DNA of 64,000 bases, taken from a virus. The translations under genes and the position numbers were made by a program. Every line of letters starts with the position of its first letter. Position 1 is the stretch's first letter. The notes below the pieces were generated by a model. It did not search any database. It saw only the letters and a list, made by a program, of their open reading frames with translations, and was not told where the DNA came from. Location: positions 4,848 to 68,847 of the IMG/VR virus record IMGVR_UViG_3300042827_000007; one strand, given 5' to 3'. Of the stretch, positions 52,409 to 61,235 are shown piece after piece.

Positions 52409-52888
52409 ATGAGCATAGACGCTGAGACCAGAGACCAGGGCCTTGCGGCACAGCGCGCGTACCTCGCCCGGGTCGGCGTGCCGCAGATCCCCGCGTGGCG
52501 GTACGAGCAGGAGGGCGGCCGGGCCTGGACCCGGTGGGCCCGGTGCGGCCAGCACAACGCGGACGCGCCGGACCCCGAACTGTTCTTCGCGCTGTTCGCG
52601 GACAGCACCGACACGTACGCCGCTCAGGCGTACTGCCGGGAGTGCCCGGTCCGGGAGGTGTGCGACGAGACCGCGACGCGCGCCGGCTGGTCCGGGGTGT
52701 GGGGCGGGATCTACCGGGACGGCCACGGCCGCCGGTCCCCGCTGTGCACGTCGATCGGGTGCATGAGCTACCGGCTCCCCGGGCGGGACATGTGCACCGG
52801 GTGTTCGCGGCGCGCCGCGAACGCCGCCGAGGCCGACGTCCCCGCGGCCGTGGTCACCGGCCCGGTTAGGGAGGTGGTGCCCGTATGA
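52409..52888 (+). CDS. whiB: WhiB-family Fe-S transcription factor with extra C-terminal Cys4 finger
   Basis: ARC..PELFF..CRECPVREVC..GVWGG; then CTSIGC..CTGC. Confidence 0.9.
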   Translation: MSIDAETRDQGLAAQRAYLARVGVPQIPAWRYEQEGGRAWTRWARCGQHNADAPDPELFFALFADSTDTYAAQAYCRECPVREVCDETATRAGWSGVWGGIYRDGHGRRSPLCTSIGCMSYRLPGRDMCTGCSRRAANAAEADVPAAVVTGPVREVVPV

Positions 52889-53127
52889 CGTCGGCCCGGT
52901 GCCGGTGGTGCGGCCGGCCGGCCGCCGACCAGTGCCGGGCGAAGGGGAACGGCCAGCCGGTCGTGGTCCCCTACTGCGGTCCAGACACCGAGTGTTGGGA
53001 GCGCACGTACCAGGAGGTCCGCCGGTACCCCGAGCGGACATGGAGCGGGATCGAGCGGCCGAAGCGCCGGGCACAGTCCGGGCCGGACCTGTTCGACCTA
53101 CTACCAGAAGGGCAGAAACCCGCATGA
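52885..53127 (+). CDS. Small zinc-finger protein
   Basis: CRWC..YC..C. Confidence 0.65.
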   Translation: MTSARCRWCGRPAADQCRAKGNGQPVVVPYCGPDTECWERTYQEVRRYPERTWSGIERPKRRAQSGPDLFDLLPEGQKPA

Positions 53128-53867
53128 GCGGATCACAGTTCAGCAGCGAGGTCCCGAAGGGCGACGCGTGGGGCGTCGAACACGCCCTCGATCAGGCCGC
53201 CCGCGAGTTCGAGGAAACGGGCCACAGCCCCATGATCCCCTGTATCGCCGTGCTCGGCGTGAAGGAGGTCAAGCTGATCCAGGGCGACGACGGCCCCGCC
53301 CGGAAGATCGTCGCGAAGCTGTTCCGGGTCAACGCGCTGACGACCCCGCAGGCCATCCGCGACGGCCAGAAGTTGATCCTCCGCGCGCTCGGCGACCAGC
53401 AGGGCCGGGGCGACTCGCCGCCGATCCTGCCGTTCGAGACGAAGGACGTCCTCGAAATGGCGTTCGGGAGCCTGAACGTGAAGGAGATCGAGCAGGACGA
53501 ACGGGAGGCCATGGAAGATCAGAACATGGACGACCCGCAGCGTCTCCGCCGGCACCTCGTGGCCGTCCACAAGATGACCCCGGACGAGGTCGAGGGCATG
53601 GAGTGGGTCGACGTCCAGACCCGCCACAAGTCCGACCACGACCGGCCGGCCGAGGACGGGCTCCCGCCGCACGACGTGGAGTCCTGGATCTGGCGGCGGG
53701 TTGACCTCGAAGCCGCCGAGGCGGAGTCTGACGGGACGCCCGACGGCGACGAGGACCAGGACGCCGCCGAGGACGAGGACGACACTGCCGACGGAGCCGG
53801 AGACGAGGACAGCGGGGCACCCGCGGTCAACTTCCAGGCACCTGCCGACGGAGACCAGGAGGACTGA
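53124..53867 (+). CDS. Hypothetical protein with acidic tail
   Basis: 247 aa; includes LRRHLVAVH..HKSDH. Confidence 0.7.
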   Translation: MSGSQFSSEVPKGDAWGVEHALDQAAREFEETGHSPMIPCIAVLGVKEVKLIQGDDGPARKIVAKLFRVNALTTPQAIRDGQKLILRALGDQQGRGDSPPILPFETKDVLEMAFGSLNVKEIEQDEREAMEDQNMDDPQRLRRHLVAVHKMTPDEVEGMEWVDVQTRHKSDHDRPAEDGLPPHDVESWIWRRVDLEAAEAESDGTPDGDEDQDAAEDEDDTADGAGDEDSGAPAVNFQAPADGDQED

Positions 53868-53870
53868 CTG

Positions 53871-54182
53871 ATGCGCTGGACCGAGATCGAGGCCCACGCC
53901 GCGGAGCGGGAGATCCCGACGCCGACGTACCGACTCATGGACAAGTGGACCCGGGAGGGCCTGCTCACGTCCGAGAACCGGGGCGACCGGCACGGCCGCT
54001 ACCGGTGGTGGCCGCCCGCCGAGGTCGAGGTGGCCCTGGCCGTCGCCCGGCTGACCGCGGTCGGACTGACCGTCGAACTCGCGTTCACGCTCGCCCGCAT
54101 GGAGCCTGACAGCACCGGAGCCCGCACGGCCGTCGACGTGTCCGCACGCCCGCCGGTCACGGTCTCCGTGTCCTGGGGCTGA
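53871..54182 (+). CDS. MerR-like HTH protein
   Basis: TYRLMDKWTREGLL..GRYRWW..EV..VARL..GL. Confidence 0.7.
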   Translation: MRWTEIEAHAAEREIPTPTYRLMDKWTREGLLTSENRGDRHGRYRWWPPAEVEVALAVARLTAVGLTVELAFTLARMEPDSTGARTAVDVSARPPVTVSVSWG

Positions 54183-54195
54183 CCGACCTTCGCAC

Positions 54196-54225
54196 GATGC
54201 CGGGCCCCCGCCGGGGCCCGGCATC
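54196..54225 (+). terminator. Hairpin
   Basis: GATGCCGGGCCCC-CGCC-GGGGCCCGGCATC. Confidence 0.6.
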
Positions 54226-54246
54226 ATCCCCGAGAGGAACTGACCA

Positions 54247-55062
54247 ATGGGAGACCATTCCACGATCGAGTGGACCGAGGCCACGTGGAACCCCGTCACC
54301 GGGTGCGACACCGTCTCGCCCGGCTGCGATCACTGCTACGCCCGGACCCTGGCCGCCAGGCTCAAGGCCATGGGCCAGGCCCGGTACCAGGCCGACGGCG
54401 ACCCCGTCACCTCCGGTCCCGGGTTCCGGGTGACGCTCCAGCCGGACCAGCTCGACCTCCCGAATCACTGGGCGAAACCCCGGATGATCTTCGTCAACTC
54501 CATGAGCGACCTGTTCCACAAGGACGTGCCGGACGCCTACGTCGCCGACGTGTTCGGGGTCATCGCCCGCAACCAGCGGCACACCTTCCAGGCCCTCACG
54601 AAGCGGCACGGCCGGATGCGTTCGCTCCTGCGGTCGGACGAGTTCATCGCCGCCGTAGCCCGCCGCTCCGGCGTCCAGGAGTGGCCGCTCCGGAACCTCT
54701 GGCTCGGCGTGTCCGCCGAAGACCAGGCCCGCGCGGATCTCCGCCTCGGCCACTTGCTCGACACCCCGGCGTGGGTCCGGTGGGTCTCCCTGGAGCCGTT
54801 GCTCGGCCCGGTCCGCCTCGGCGACGCCGACCAGGACGCCCTAAACGACGGCGGCCTGAACTGGGTCGTCGTCGGCGGGGAGTCCGGGGCCGGCCACCGC
54901 CCGATCGACCCCCGGTGGGCCGCCGACCTCCGGGACGAATGCGTCGACGCCGGGGTCCCGTTCTTCTTCAAGCAATGGGGAGGGATCAGGCCGAAGTCCG
55001 GCGGCCGGCTACTCGACGGCCGCACATGGGACGAACTCCCGCTCGCCGCCGCCGCGCACTGA
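54247..55062 (+). CDS. DUF5131 (phage Gp37Gp68, radical-SAM-related) protein
   Basis: IEWTEATWNPVTGC..VSPGCDHCYA, IFVNSMSDLFH, LTKR, WLGVS, SLEPLL, WVVVGGESG, FFKQWGG. Confidence 0.92.
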   Translation: MGDHSTIEWTEATWNPVTGCDTVSPGCDHCYARTLAARLKAMGQARYQADGDPVTSGPGFRVTLQPDQLDLPNHWAKPRMIFVNSMSDLFHKDVPDAYVADVFGVIARNQRHTFQALTKRHGRMRSLLRSDEFIAAVARRSGVQEWPLRNLWLGVSAEDQARADLRLGHLLDTPAWVRWVSLEPLLGPVRLGDADQDALNDGGLNWVVVGGESGAGHRPIDPRWAADLRDECVDAGVPFFFKQWGGIRPKSGGRLLDGRTWDELPLAAAAH

Positions 55063-55072
55063 GGAACAGATC

Positions 55073-56503
55073 ATGAGCCGAGACGCCGATATCGGAATCC
55101 ACGTCCCCGAAGACCCATGGGAGGGGATGATCGACCCGGAGACCGGGGCCCCGTTCGAGCCACCGGACGACGACGTTACCGCGGTCACCCCGCAGGAACG
55201 GCGGGCCCTCGACCCCGACGAGTTCTGGGACGCCCGTCCCATGTTTCGGCACCTCCACACCTTCGCCCGCGCGAGGATGGTCGGCCCGTGGGCCGTCCTC
55301 GGCGCGGCGATGACCCGCGTCATGGCGGCCGTGTCCCCGAACGTCCAGCTCCCCGCCACGATCGGCTCGTACGCCAGCCTGAACCTGTTCGTCGGCCTGG
55401 TCGGCTACTCCGGCGATGGCAAGGACGCCGCTCAGGGCGTGGCCGCCGAAGCGCTCTACATCCCCGAGCCCCCGTTCAAGGTCTCCCCGCTCGGCTCCGG
55501 CGAGGGCTTGTCGCACATGTTCATGCGCCAGGTCAAGGCCACGAAGGAGGTCCCGTACCCGGAGCCGGAGCAGTACCAGCGGGCCGCCCTCGTCACGATC
55601 GGCGAGATCGACTCCATGGCCGCCCTCGTGTCCCGCCAGGCGTCGACCCTGACCAGCCAGCTACGGCAGGCCGCGATGGGCCAGCAACTCGGGTTTTTCT
55701 ACGCCGACCAGGCGAAGCGGATGATCGTCCCGGAGCACGCGTACCGGCTGTGCCTGATCGCGGGCATCCAGCCGGAGAAGTCCGGCGTCCTCCTGAACGA
55801 CGCCGCCGGGGGCACCCCGCAGCGGTTCGTCTGGTTGCCGGCCGGCGACCCGGGCGGCGGCCGGGAGCACCGCCGGGAGGGCCTGTCCCCGATGGTGTGG
55901 CGCTCCCCGGACTGGATGGCCGCCCGGCGCGCCGAGGACCAGAACCAGCCCCGGCTCCTGCTCACCGAACCGGAGGCGTGCGTCGACGCGATCCTGTCGG
56001 CCCGGGAAACCCGGATGCGGGCGAACGCCGCCGACGGCGCGGCGAACACCCTCGACTCCCACGCCGTGCTGACCCGGACGAAGGTCGCCGGGTGCCTCGC
56101 CATCATGGACGGCCGGGTCGAGATCACCGACGAGGACTGGGACCTGTCCGGGGTCGTAATGCACGTCAGCGACACACAGCGGGCCCTCTGCCTCCGGGTC
56201 CTCCAGCGGGAGCGGGAGAAGGAGAACGTCGGGAAGGCCATCGCCGAGGCCGCCCGGTCCCTGGTCGTGGAGGAACACATCGACAGGGAGAAGGTCGGCA
56301 AGTGCGCTGACGCTGTGAAGCGTCAGCTCCGCCTGGCCGGGGGCGAATGGGTCGCCGGGGCGGACCTCCGCCGGAAGATCCGCGCGAACCACCGCGAGCA
56401 CCTGGACGCGGCCCTCGACGCCCTGATCCTGTCGAACGAGGTCGAGGCCGAGCGGGGCGAGCGGAGCGGCCAGAAGGTCGCCCGGTACAAGATCCGCCCG
56501 TGA
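55073..56503 (+). CDS. Replication-associated P-loop ATPase (DUF3987/helicase-like) with C-terminal wHTH
   Basis: FVGLVGYSGDGKD, GSGEG, IGEID, GTPQRF; directly followed by iterons. Confidence 0.75.
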   Translation: MSRDADIGIHVPEDPWEGMIDPETGAPFEPPDDDVTAVTPQERRALDPDEFWDARPMFRHLHTFARARMVGPWAVLGAAMTRVMAAVSPNVQLPATIGSYASLNLFVGLVGYSGDGKDAAQGVAAEALYIPEPPFKVSPLGSGEGLSHMFMRQVKATKEVPYPEPEQYQRAALVTIGEIDSMAALVSRQASTLTSQLRQAAMGQQLGFFYADQAKRMIVPEHAYRLCLIAGIQPEKSGVLLNDAAGGTPQRFVWLPAGDPGGGREHRREGLSPMVWRSPDWMAARRAEDQNQPRLLLTEPEACVDAILSARETRMRANAADGAANTLDSHAVLTRTKVAGCLAIMDGRVEITDEDWDLSGVVMHVSDTQRALCLRVLQREREKENVGKAIAEAARSLVVEEHIDREKVGKCADAVKRQLRLAGGEWVAGADLRRKIRANHREHLDAALDALILSNEVEAERGERSGQKVARYKIRP

Positions 56504-56662
56504 GGGGTGTACGGGTGTACGCGGTACACCCCTCCCCGCGAGAAACCCCCAAAATGCAAGATCATGCATATGTGCTCTGAGCAGGGAAAACAAACAAAAA
56601 AGGGTTTTATATATAAGGGGGGTGCCGCGGGGGGGGGTGTACGCGGTACACCCGTACACCCC
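56504..56662. other. Putative replication origin: six GGGTGTAC/GTACACCC octamers in two mirror clusters around an AT-rich core
   Basis: 56504-56532 and 56634-56662 are near-perfect inverted copies; core AAAACAAACAAAAAAGGGTTTTATATATAAG. Confidence 0.75.
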
Positions 56663-56704
56663 TCCAGGGACACCCCCGAGGGACACCGACCGAAGGCAGG
56701 CGAC

Positions 56705-56959
56705 ATGGACGACGCTCCAGCTCCGATGAGCACTCGCGAGGCCGAGTGGCAGAGGATCGCAGCGACGACGAAGGACGAGGAACTACGGCTCTCGCTCTGG
56801 GCGCAAACGCCCGTCCTGGCGAAGGTCAGCCAGGCCGAATGGGACCGCGACCACACCGGCACGTGCGGCACGTGCGGCGCGCCGGCCCGGTTCTACCCCC
56901 TCGGGTGGGCGTGCGAGGACCACAAGCCCGGAGGGGCACACGATGACGGACCCCGGTGA
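56705..56959 (+). CDS. Small protein with C-terminal zinc ribbon
   Basis: CGTCGAPARFYPLGWACEDH. Confidence 0.7.
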   Translation: MDDAPAPMSTREAEWQRIAATTKDEELRLSLWAQTPVLAKVSQAEWDRDHTGTCGTCGAPARFYPLGWACEDHKPGGAHDDGPR

Positions 56960-57770
56960 TACCCTCCCGCGCATGACTGCCGATCCTGTAGACGACTCTG
57001 CGCACGGGCGCATGGTCGACACCGAACACGGCCCGCTGTTCCAGGACAGCGGGCCAGGCGACGGGTGGTACTCCATCGGGGCCGCGACGCCGCCCGACGT
57101 GAGCCTGACCGCCGCCGAGACCGCAGACGGGGGCGTGATCACCCTCGACATGTCGTACCTGTACCAGCGGGCCCTCGAACGGCTGGCCGCCGCCGGCAAG
57201 CCGCTTCCCGACGGGATCACCGTCGAGTCGCTGGCGGAGTGGCGCGTCGAGCACCCCGATTACGACCCGTCGCTCCCCCTGGCCGGGATGCCGATCCCCG
57301 AGGGCGTGGACGTCACGGTCGAGGACGGGAAGTCGTACGGGCCGGTCCCGGTCGACTACCCGGTGACGCCGGCTCCCGACCTGGACGAGATCCAGGATCG
57401 GGACTACCGGCTCCCCGTGCTCGCGCCCGACGTGGCCCGCCCGGTCGACCGCCTCACGATGACCCGGGCCGACTTCGACCGGGGCGAGGTCGTCCTGTCG
57501 CCGTACGCCATGGGCGGGGAGATCGAGGTCGTCGCCGTCGAGCCGGACGCCCGGTGCCTCGCCTCGACCGGCGCGCCCGTCGACGCCGAGCGGCAATGCA
57601 AGGTCCACGCCGACGGGTCGCACCGGTGCTACCAGGGCCCCGGGCATCAGGGCGCGAAGGCTCCCGCGCCGGTCGTCATGGCCCGCTGTAGCCACGTCGT
57701 CCCGGAGTGGGCGACGCACTCGTGTGACTGCGGGTTCGCGTGGACGAACGTGGTCCAGGTGTCCGCATGA
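56943..57770 (+). CDS. Acidic hypothetical protein with Cys/His-rich C-terminus
   Basis: 275 aa; GGAGG RBS. Confidence 0.7.
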   Translation: MTDPGDTLPRMTADPVDDSAHGRMVDTEHGPLFQDSGPGDGWYSIGAATPPDVSLTAAETADGGVITLDMSYLYQRALERLAAAGKPLPDGITVESLAEWRVEHPDYDPSLPLAGMPIPEGVDVTVEDGKSYGPVPVDYPVTPAPDLDEIQDRDYRLPVLAPDVARPVDRLTMTRADFDRGEVVLSPYAMGGEIEVVAVEPDARCLASTGAPVDAERQCKVHADGSHRCYQGPGHQGAKAPAPVVMARCSHVVPEWATHSCDCGFAWTNVVQVSA

Positions 57771-57808
57771 GATTCTTCCAGACCCGACCGGACCAGGAGG
57801 TCCACCAC

Positions 57809-58504
57809 GTGAGCACAGACACCCGCCCCGAGGACACCGGGGCGCACCTCGAAGCCGAAGCCCCCATTCACCGCCCGGACTGCCGGGCCTGCCTCGGAAC
57901 GGGGAAGACACTGCGCACCGCCGACTGGCTCCGCAAGGCCGTAGAGATCCTGCCGACCGAGCCCGCCGACCTGGACGGGTTCGTCGCCGAGTTCTACCGC
58001 CGCCTCGTCGCCCGGGACCAGACCGGCGGGCCGGTCGTCGACGGCCAGCCGACCCCGAAGCCGCTCGGCGACCAGCTCGCCCCGCTGTTCCCCTCGGACC
58101 TCACCACGGGCGACGCCCTGAACAGCAAGGGCCACCGCCAGCGGGACATGCTCCTGAACGCCCTCGTCGGCCTGCTCTCCACGTACGACCCGGACCGGCC
58201 GGACACCGCGGACATGCGACGCCTCGTCCAGGTGCTCCAGAAGGCCGGCCGTGATCACTCCGCGTTCCGCCGGCCGGACGGCACGGTCCGCGGGGCGACG
58301 GCCGCCGAGTACGACGAGGTGTTCGCCGTGCTGGCCGGCCTGCTCCACGACGTGTTCGGCGACCGGTGGCTCCCCGAGTTCGATGGGGCCCTGGCCGCCG
58401 CGTACGCGTTCGCCGTCGACGTGATGCGGGGGGCGGCGGCACTGTTCCACCCGCCCGGCGCGGCCGACCCCGGGTTCGGCCGGACCGTCCGGGCCGCCCG
58501 GTGA
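57809..58504 (+). CDS. Single-domain globin (flavohaemoglobin-type globin fold) with N-terminal CxxCxG
   Basis: FVAEFYRRL, LAPLFP, QRDMLLNAL, LQKAGRDH (proximal His), EYDEV, RWLPE, AAAYAFAVDVM; AGGAGG RBS. Confidence 0.82.
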   Translation: MSTDTRPEDTGAHLEAEAPIHRPDCRACLGTGKTLRTADWLRKAVEILPTEPADLDGFVAEFYRRLVARDQTGGPVVDGQPTPKPLGDQLAPLFPSDLTTGDALNSKGHRQRDMLLNALVGLLSTYDPDRPDTADMRRLVQVLQKAGRDHSAFRRPDGTVRGATAAEYDEVFAVLAGLLHDVFGDRWLPEFDGALAAAYAFAVDVMRGAAALFHPPGAADPGFGRTVRAAR

Positions 58505-58746
58505 GGCCCGGACCGAACGCCCGCGCGAAGCGGCAGAAGCGGCGCGACACCCGCGCGCACGCCACGAAGCCGATCACGGCGGCGAAGATCGAGCGGACCC
58601 TGGAGACGAACAGCCTCTCGGGTGCGATCCTCGGCGGACGCCAGCGGACCCGGCGTGTCCCCGCGTACGTGATCCGTCAGCGGGTCATCACCCCGCCGCC
58701 GTTCGTCGAGGCGTGGCGCGCGTACCGCAACCGGGGCGCGAAGTGA
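58501..58746 (+). CDS. Basic hypothetical protein
   Basis: GTGA coupling. Confidence 0.6.
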   Translation: MRPGPNARAKRQKRRDTRAHATKPITAAKIERTLETNSLSGAILGGRQRTRRVPAYVIRQRVITPPPFVEAWRAYRNRGAK

Positions 58747-58976
58747 ACGGCCGCCGCGCCCGTCACATCCGGTGGTACGCGGACGAGGCGTGCCGGGAGC
58801 AGGGCGTCCAGGACTTCGGGGACAAGACCCGCCCGCGGGAGATCCGCAACCGCGCCGGCAACGTCGTTCACCGGTACCCCGAGGTTCGGCTCATGCCCGG
58901 CCCGCGGTACCTGGCCCGGCGCATCCGGCGGATCTACACCCGGACCGGCCGGTACCCGGTGGTCGTCGAGCAGTGA
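58743..58976 (+). CDS. Basic hypothetical protein
   Basis: GTGA coupling. Confidence 0.6.
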   Translation: MNGRRARHIRWYADEACREQGVQDFGDKTRPREIRNRAGNVVHRYPEVRLMPGPRYLARRIRRIYTRTGRYPVVVEQ

Positions 58977-59101
58977 ACGAGATCCGGGACCGCCTGGCGA
59001 GCGACCCACGTGCGGCCGAGATGCTGGCGTGGGTCGCTCGCTGGTGGTGGGCGGTCCTGATCGTCGTCGCCCTGGCCCTGATCGGGCCCCGCAGATCATG
59101 A
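58973..59101 (+). CDS. Small membrane protein
   Basis: WWWAVLIVVALALI. Confidence 0.55.
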   Translation: MNEIRDRLASDPRAAEMLAWVARWWWAVLIVVALALIGPRRS

Positions 59102-59117
59102 ACGGAAGGACCGCAGC

Positions 59118-59531
59118 ATGAGCACTGACCCGACCCCCGCGGACGACTCGGAGCTGAGAGAGGCCCCGGGCATCCCCGAGGGGATGTTCCTCGCCCTGCC
59201 ACAGCCGACCGTCCCGGGTGAGGTCGTCCCGCCGATCCCGTGTGAGTTCGGCGTCGGCCTGACCGACAAGGACGCGAAGGGCCACCGGTGGGCCATCCTC
59301 CAGGCCACCGACGGCACCGTGTCCGCGTCGTTCCGCATCCCGTGGCAGTTGGCCGCTCAGGTCGGCGCGCAACTCGCGAACGGGCTCGCCGCGATGCAGC
59401 AGAAGGCGGCCAGCGAAGAGAACGGCGGCCTCGTGGTCCCCGGCAAGCCCGCGGGCGGCGGCCTGTTCATCCCCGGTCCCGGCCAGCGCACCCCGGGGCC
59501 GATCCCCCCGCTGAACGGCTCCGCCCGGTGA
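59118..59531 (+). CDS. Hypothetical protein
   Basis: GAAGGA RBS; 137 aa. Confidence 0.7.
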   Translation: MSTDPTPADDSELREAPGIPEGMFLALPQPTVPGEVVPPIPCEFGVGLTDKDAKGHRWAILQATDGTVSASFRIPWQLAAQVGAQLANGLAAMQQKAASEENGGLVVPGKPAGGGLFIPGPGQRTPGPIPPLNGSAR

Positions 59532-59818
59532 CCGAGACGGACGAGGTCGCGATAGTCCGGGAGGCGGACGGGACCCTCCGCTTGGAGGGCGACGACCCGC
59601 CCCCGGTCTTCGTGGCGTTCCAGCCGGAACTCCTGGACATGCTCCGCCGGTCCGGCTGTGCCTGGACGTCGCTCGACGGCGACACGGTCACGATGCGGGT
59701 CAAGCCGGAGCCCCTGTACTACCGGCTCACGGGGGAGACTGATCTGGGCGGCGGCCACGTCGCCCGGAGGATGACCCACGACGGGAAGGTGTGGACCCAT
59801 GCCGATGCTGATCGTTGA
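59528..59818 (+). CDS. Hypothetical protein
   Basis: GTGA coupling. Confidence 0.6.
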   Translation: MTETDEVAIVREADGTLRLEGDDPPPVFVAFQPELLDMLRRSGCAWTSLDGDTVTMRVKPEPLYYRLTGETDLGGGHVARRMTHDGKVWTHADADR

Positions 59819-60335
59819 CCGCGAGCGTTTCCGCGACCCGACACGCGTCGTCGTCGAGGCCCTGGACGAGATCCAGTGGCGCACGATCGTCGAGATCTCG
59901 TGGGGGCCGTACACCGTCCCCGCCGGCTACGTGACGGACTTCCTGTCGATCCCCCGGGTCGCTTCGTGGCTGGCCCCCCGGTACGCCCGGTACACCCCGG
60001 CCGGCATCCTCCACGACTACCTCCTGACGGAGTACGTCGCGAAGGGACGCCTCTCGTCCGTCGACGCCGACGCGATTTTCCGGCTCGCCCTGATCGAGTT
60101 GGGTACCGACCCGGTCCGGGTGGAGCTGCTGTGGACCGGCGTCCGGTGGGGGGCCGCCTCGTCGAAGTACCGCCGGGCCGGGTGGTGGTCGACGTTCCCG
60201 AAGGTCGCCGCGATGACCCTGTACGCCCTGCCTCACGGCGTGGTCATGGCCGTGGTCGCCCTCGGGATCGCGTACCACAACCTGTCGGTACTGGTCGTCA
60301 CCCGCGGCCGGAGGTCGGCCTCGTTCAAGACGTGA
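59799..60335 (+). CDS. DUF1353-family protein with C-terminal TM
   Basis: VPAGYVTDFLSIPR..AGILHDYL..DADAIF..VRWG. Confidence 0.85.
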   Translation: MPMLIVDRERFRDPTRVVVEALDEIQWRTIVEISWGPYTVPAGYVTDFLSIPRVASWLAPRYARYTPAGILHDYLLTEYVAKGRLSSVDADAIFRLALIELGTDPVRVELLWTGVRWGAASSKYRRAGWWSTFPKVAAMTLYALPHGVVMAVVALGIAYHNLSVLVVTRGRRSASFKT

Positions 60336-60403
60336 CCCTTGCGCCGCGCCCGGCGTGACGGTGTGATCTACGCAAGCGCGCGACCAGCGAAAGGACCCGC
60401 ACC

Positions 60404-60763
60404 ATGGCGAACGTCGACCCCCTGAACCTCACCCCGCTCTCCAGTCAGTACGGCTCGATCACGGCCGGCCAGGTCGTCACACCGGTGACGCCGGCCGGTG
60501 GTGGTGACGCCGTCGGGCTCCAGGGCGCGTACACCCTGCTCCGCTTCCAGACGACCGGTACCGCGTCGACGATCACGTTCGATTCCGTCCAGCTCTCCAG
60601 CTTCGGCACGGACGTGGACATCACGATCGCGATGGCCGCGACGCAGATCCGGAAGGTCGCGATCAAGAACGATTCGCGGTTCGTCAACGCGGCGACGGGC
60701 CGCCTCGGCGTCTCGTACTCGTCGGTCGTGGGTCTGACCATGGAGGCGGAGTACATCGCCTGA
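60404..60763 (+). CDS. Beta-rich virion-like protein
   Basis: MAN start, Thr/Gly/Ser-rich beta strands; GAAAGGA RBS. Confidence 0.6.
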   Translation: MANVDPLNLTPLSSQYGSITAGQVVTPVTPAGGGDAVGLQGAYTLLRFQTTGTASTITFDSVQLSSFGTDVDITIAMAATQIRKVAIKNDSRFVNAATGRLGVSYSSVVGLTMEAEYIA

Positions 60764-60998
60764 CCCGGACGGCGTACCGTCCCCGGAGAACCCCCCGCGC
60801 GGCCCCGGCCATCCTCACCCCGGCCGGGGTCGCACCATGTCCGGGCCGAAACCGGCTCAGAGCCAATCTGAGCCAAGATCAGAACCCCGGGCCCCCGAGT
60901 GCCGGACGAACGGGGGGTTCGGCCCGCCCTGGAGACGCTGGCCCGGTCGCCGCCCGGTTTCCTTGCGGACCCCGTCATCCCCGATGCAGGATGGCGGC

Positions 60999-61196
60999 AT
61001 GGCCGTCCCGCGTAGCGACTCACCGACTGGCGACCCTGTCGACGAAGACTCCAGCGCGGGACGGCCACTCCACGAGGACCACCGGTGGTTACGCGACGAC
61101 GACCCCGACGAGGAACCCCGCCGCCCCACGGTCAAGGTCGCGCGAGCACCGCACCCCCGGGTCCGTCTCGCCCGCGGGGCGCGGAAGCGGGCCTGA
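60999..61196 (+). CDS. Small hypothetical protein (probably leaderless)
   Basis: CAGGAT 6 nt before ATG; in-frame TTA at 61089. Confidence 0.45.
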   Translation: MAVPRSDSPTGDPVDEDSSAGRPLHEDHRWLRDDDPDEEPRRPTVKVARAPHPRVRLARGARKRA

Positions 61197-61235
61197 CCCT
61201 GGCCTCTGCCTGGCCGAACGTGCGACGATCGGCCG

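Noticed and set aside
53871-54182. Excisionase implying an integrated prophage/AICE
   Set aside because: MerR-like HTH is compatible, but no tyrosine or serine integrase, att core or host flank is visible in the window
36299-56562. TGCAAGAT shared between tra intergenic region and origin (56555) as a regulatory link
   Set aside because: Also occurs at a coding start (47359); too few copies to separate from chance without statistics
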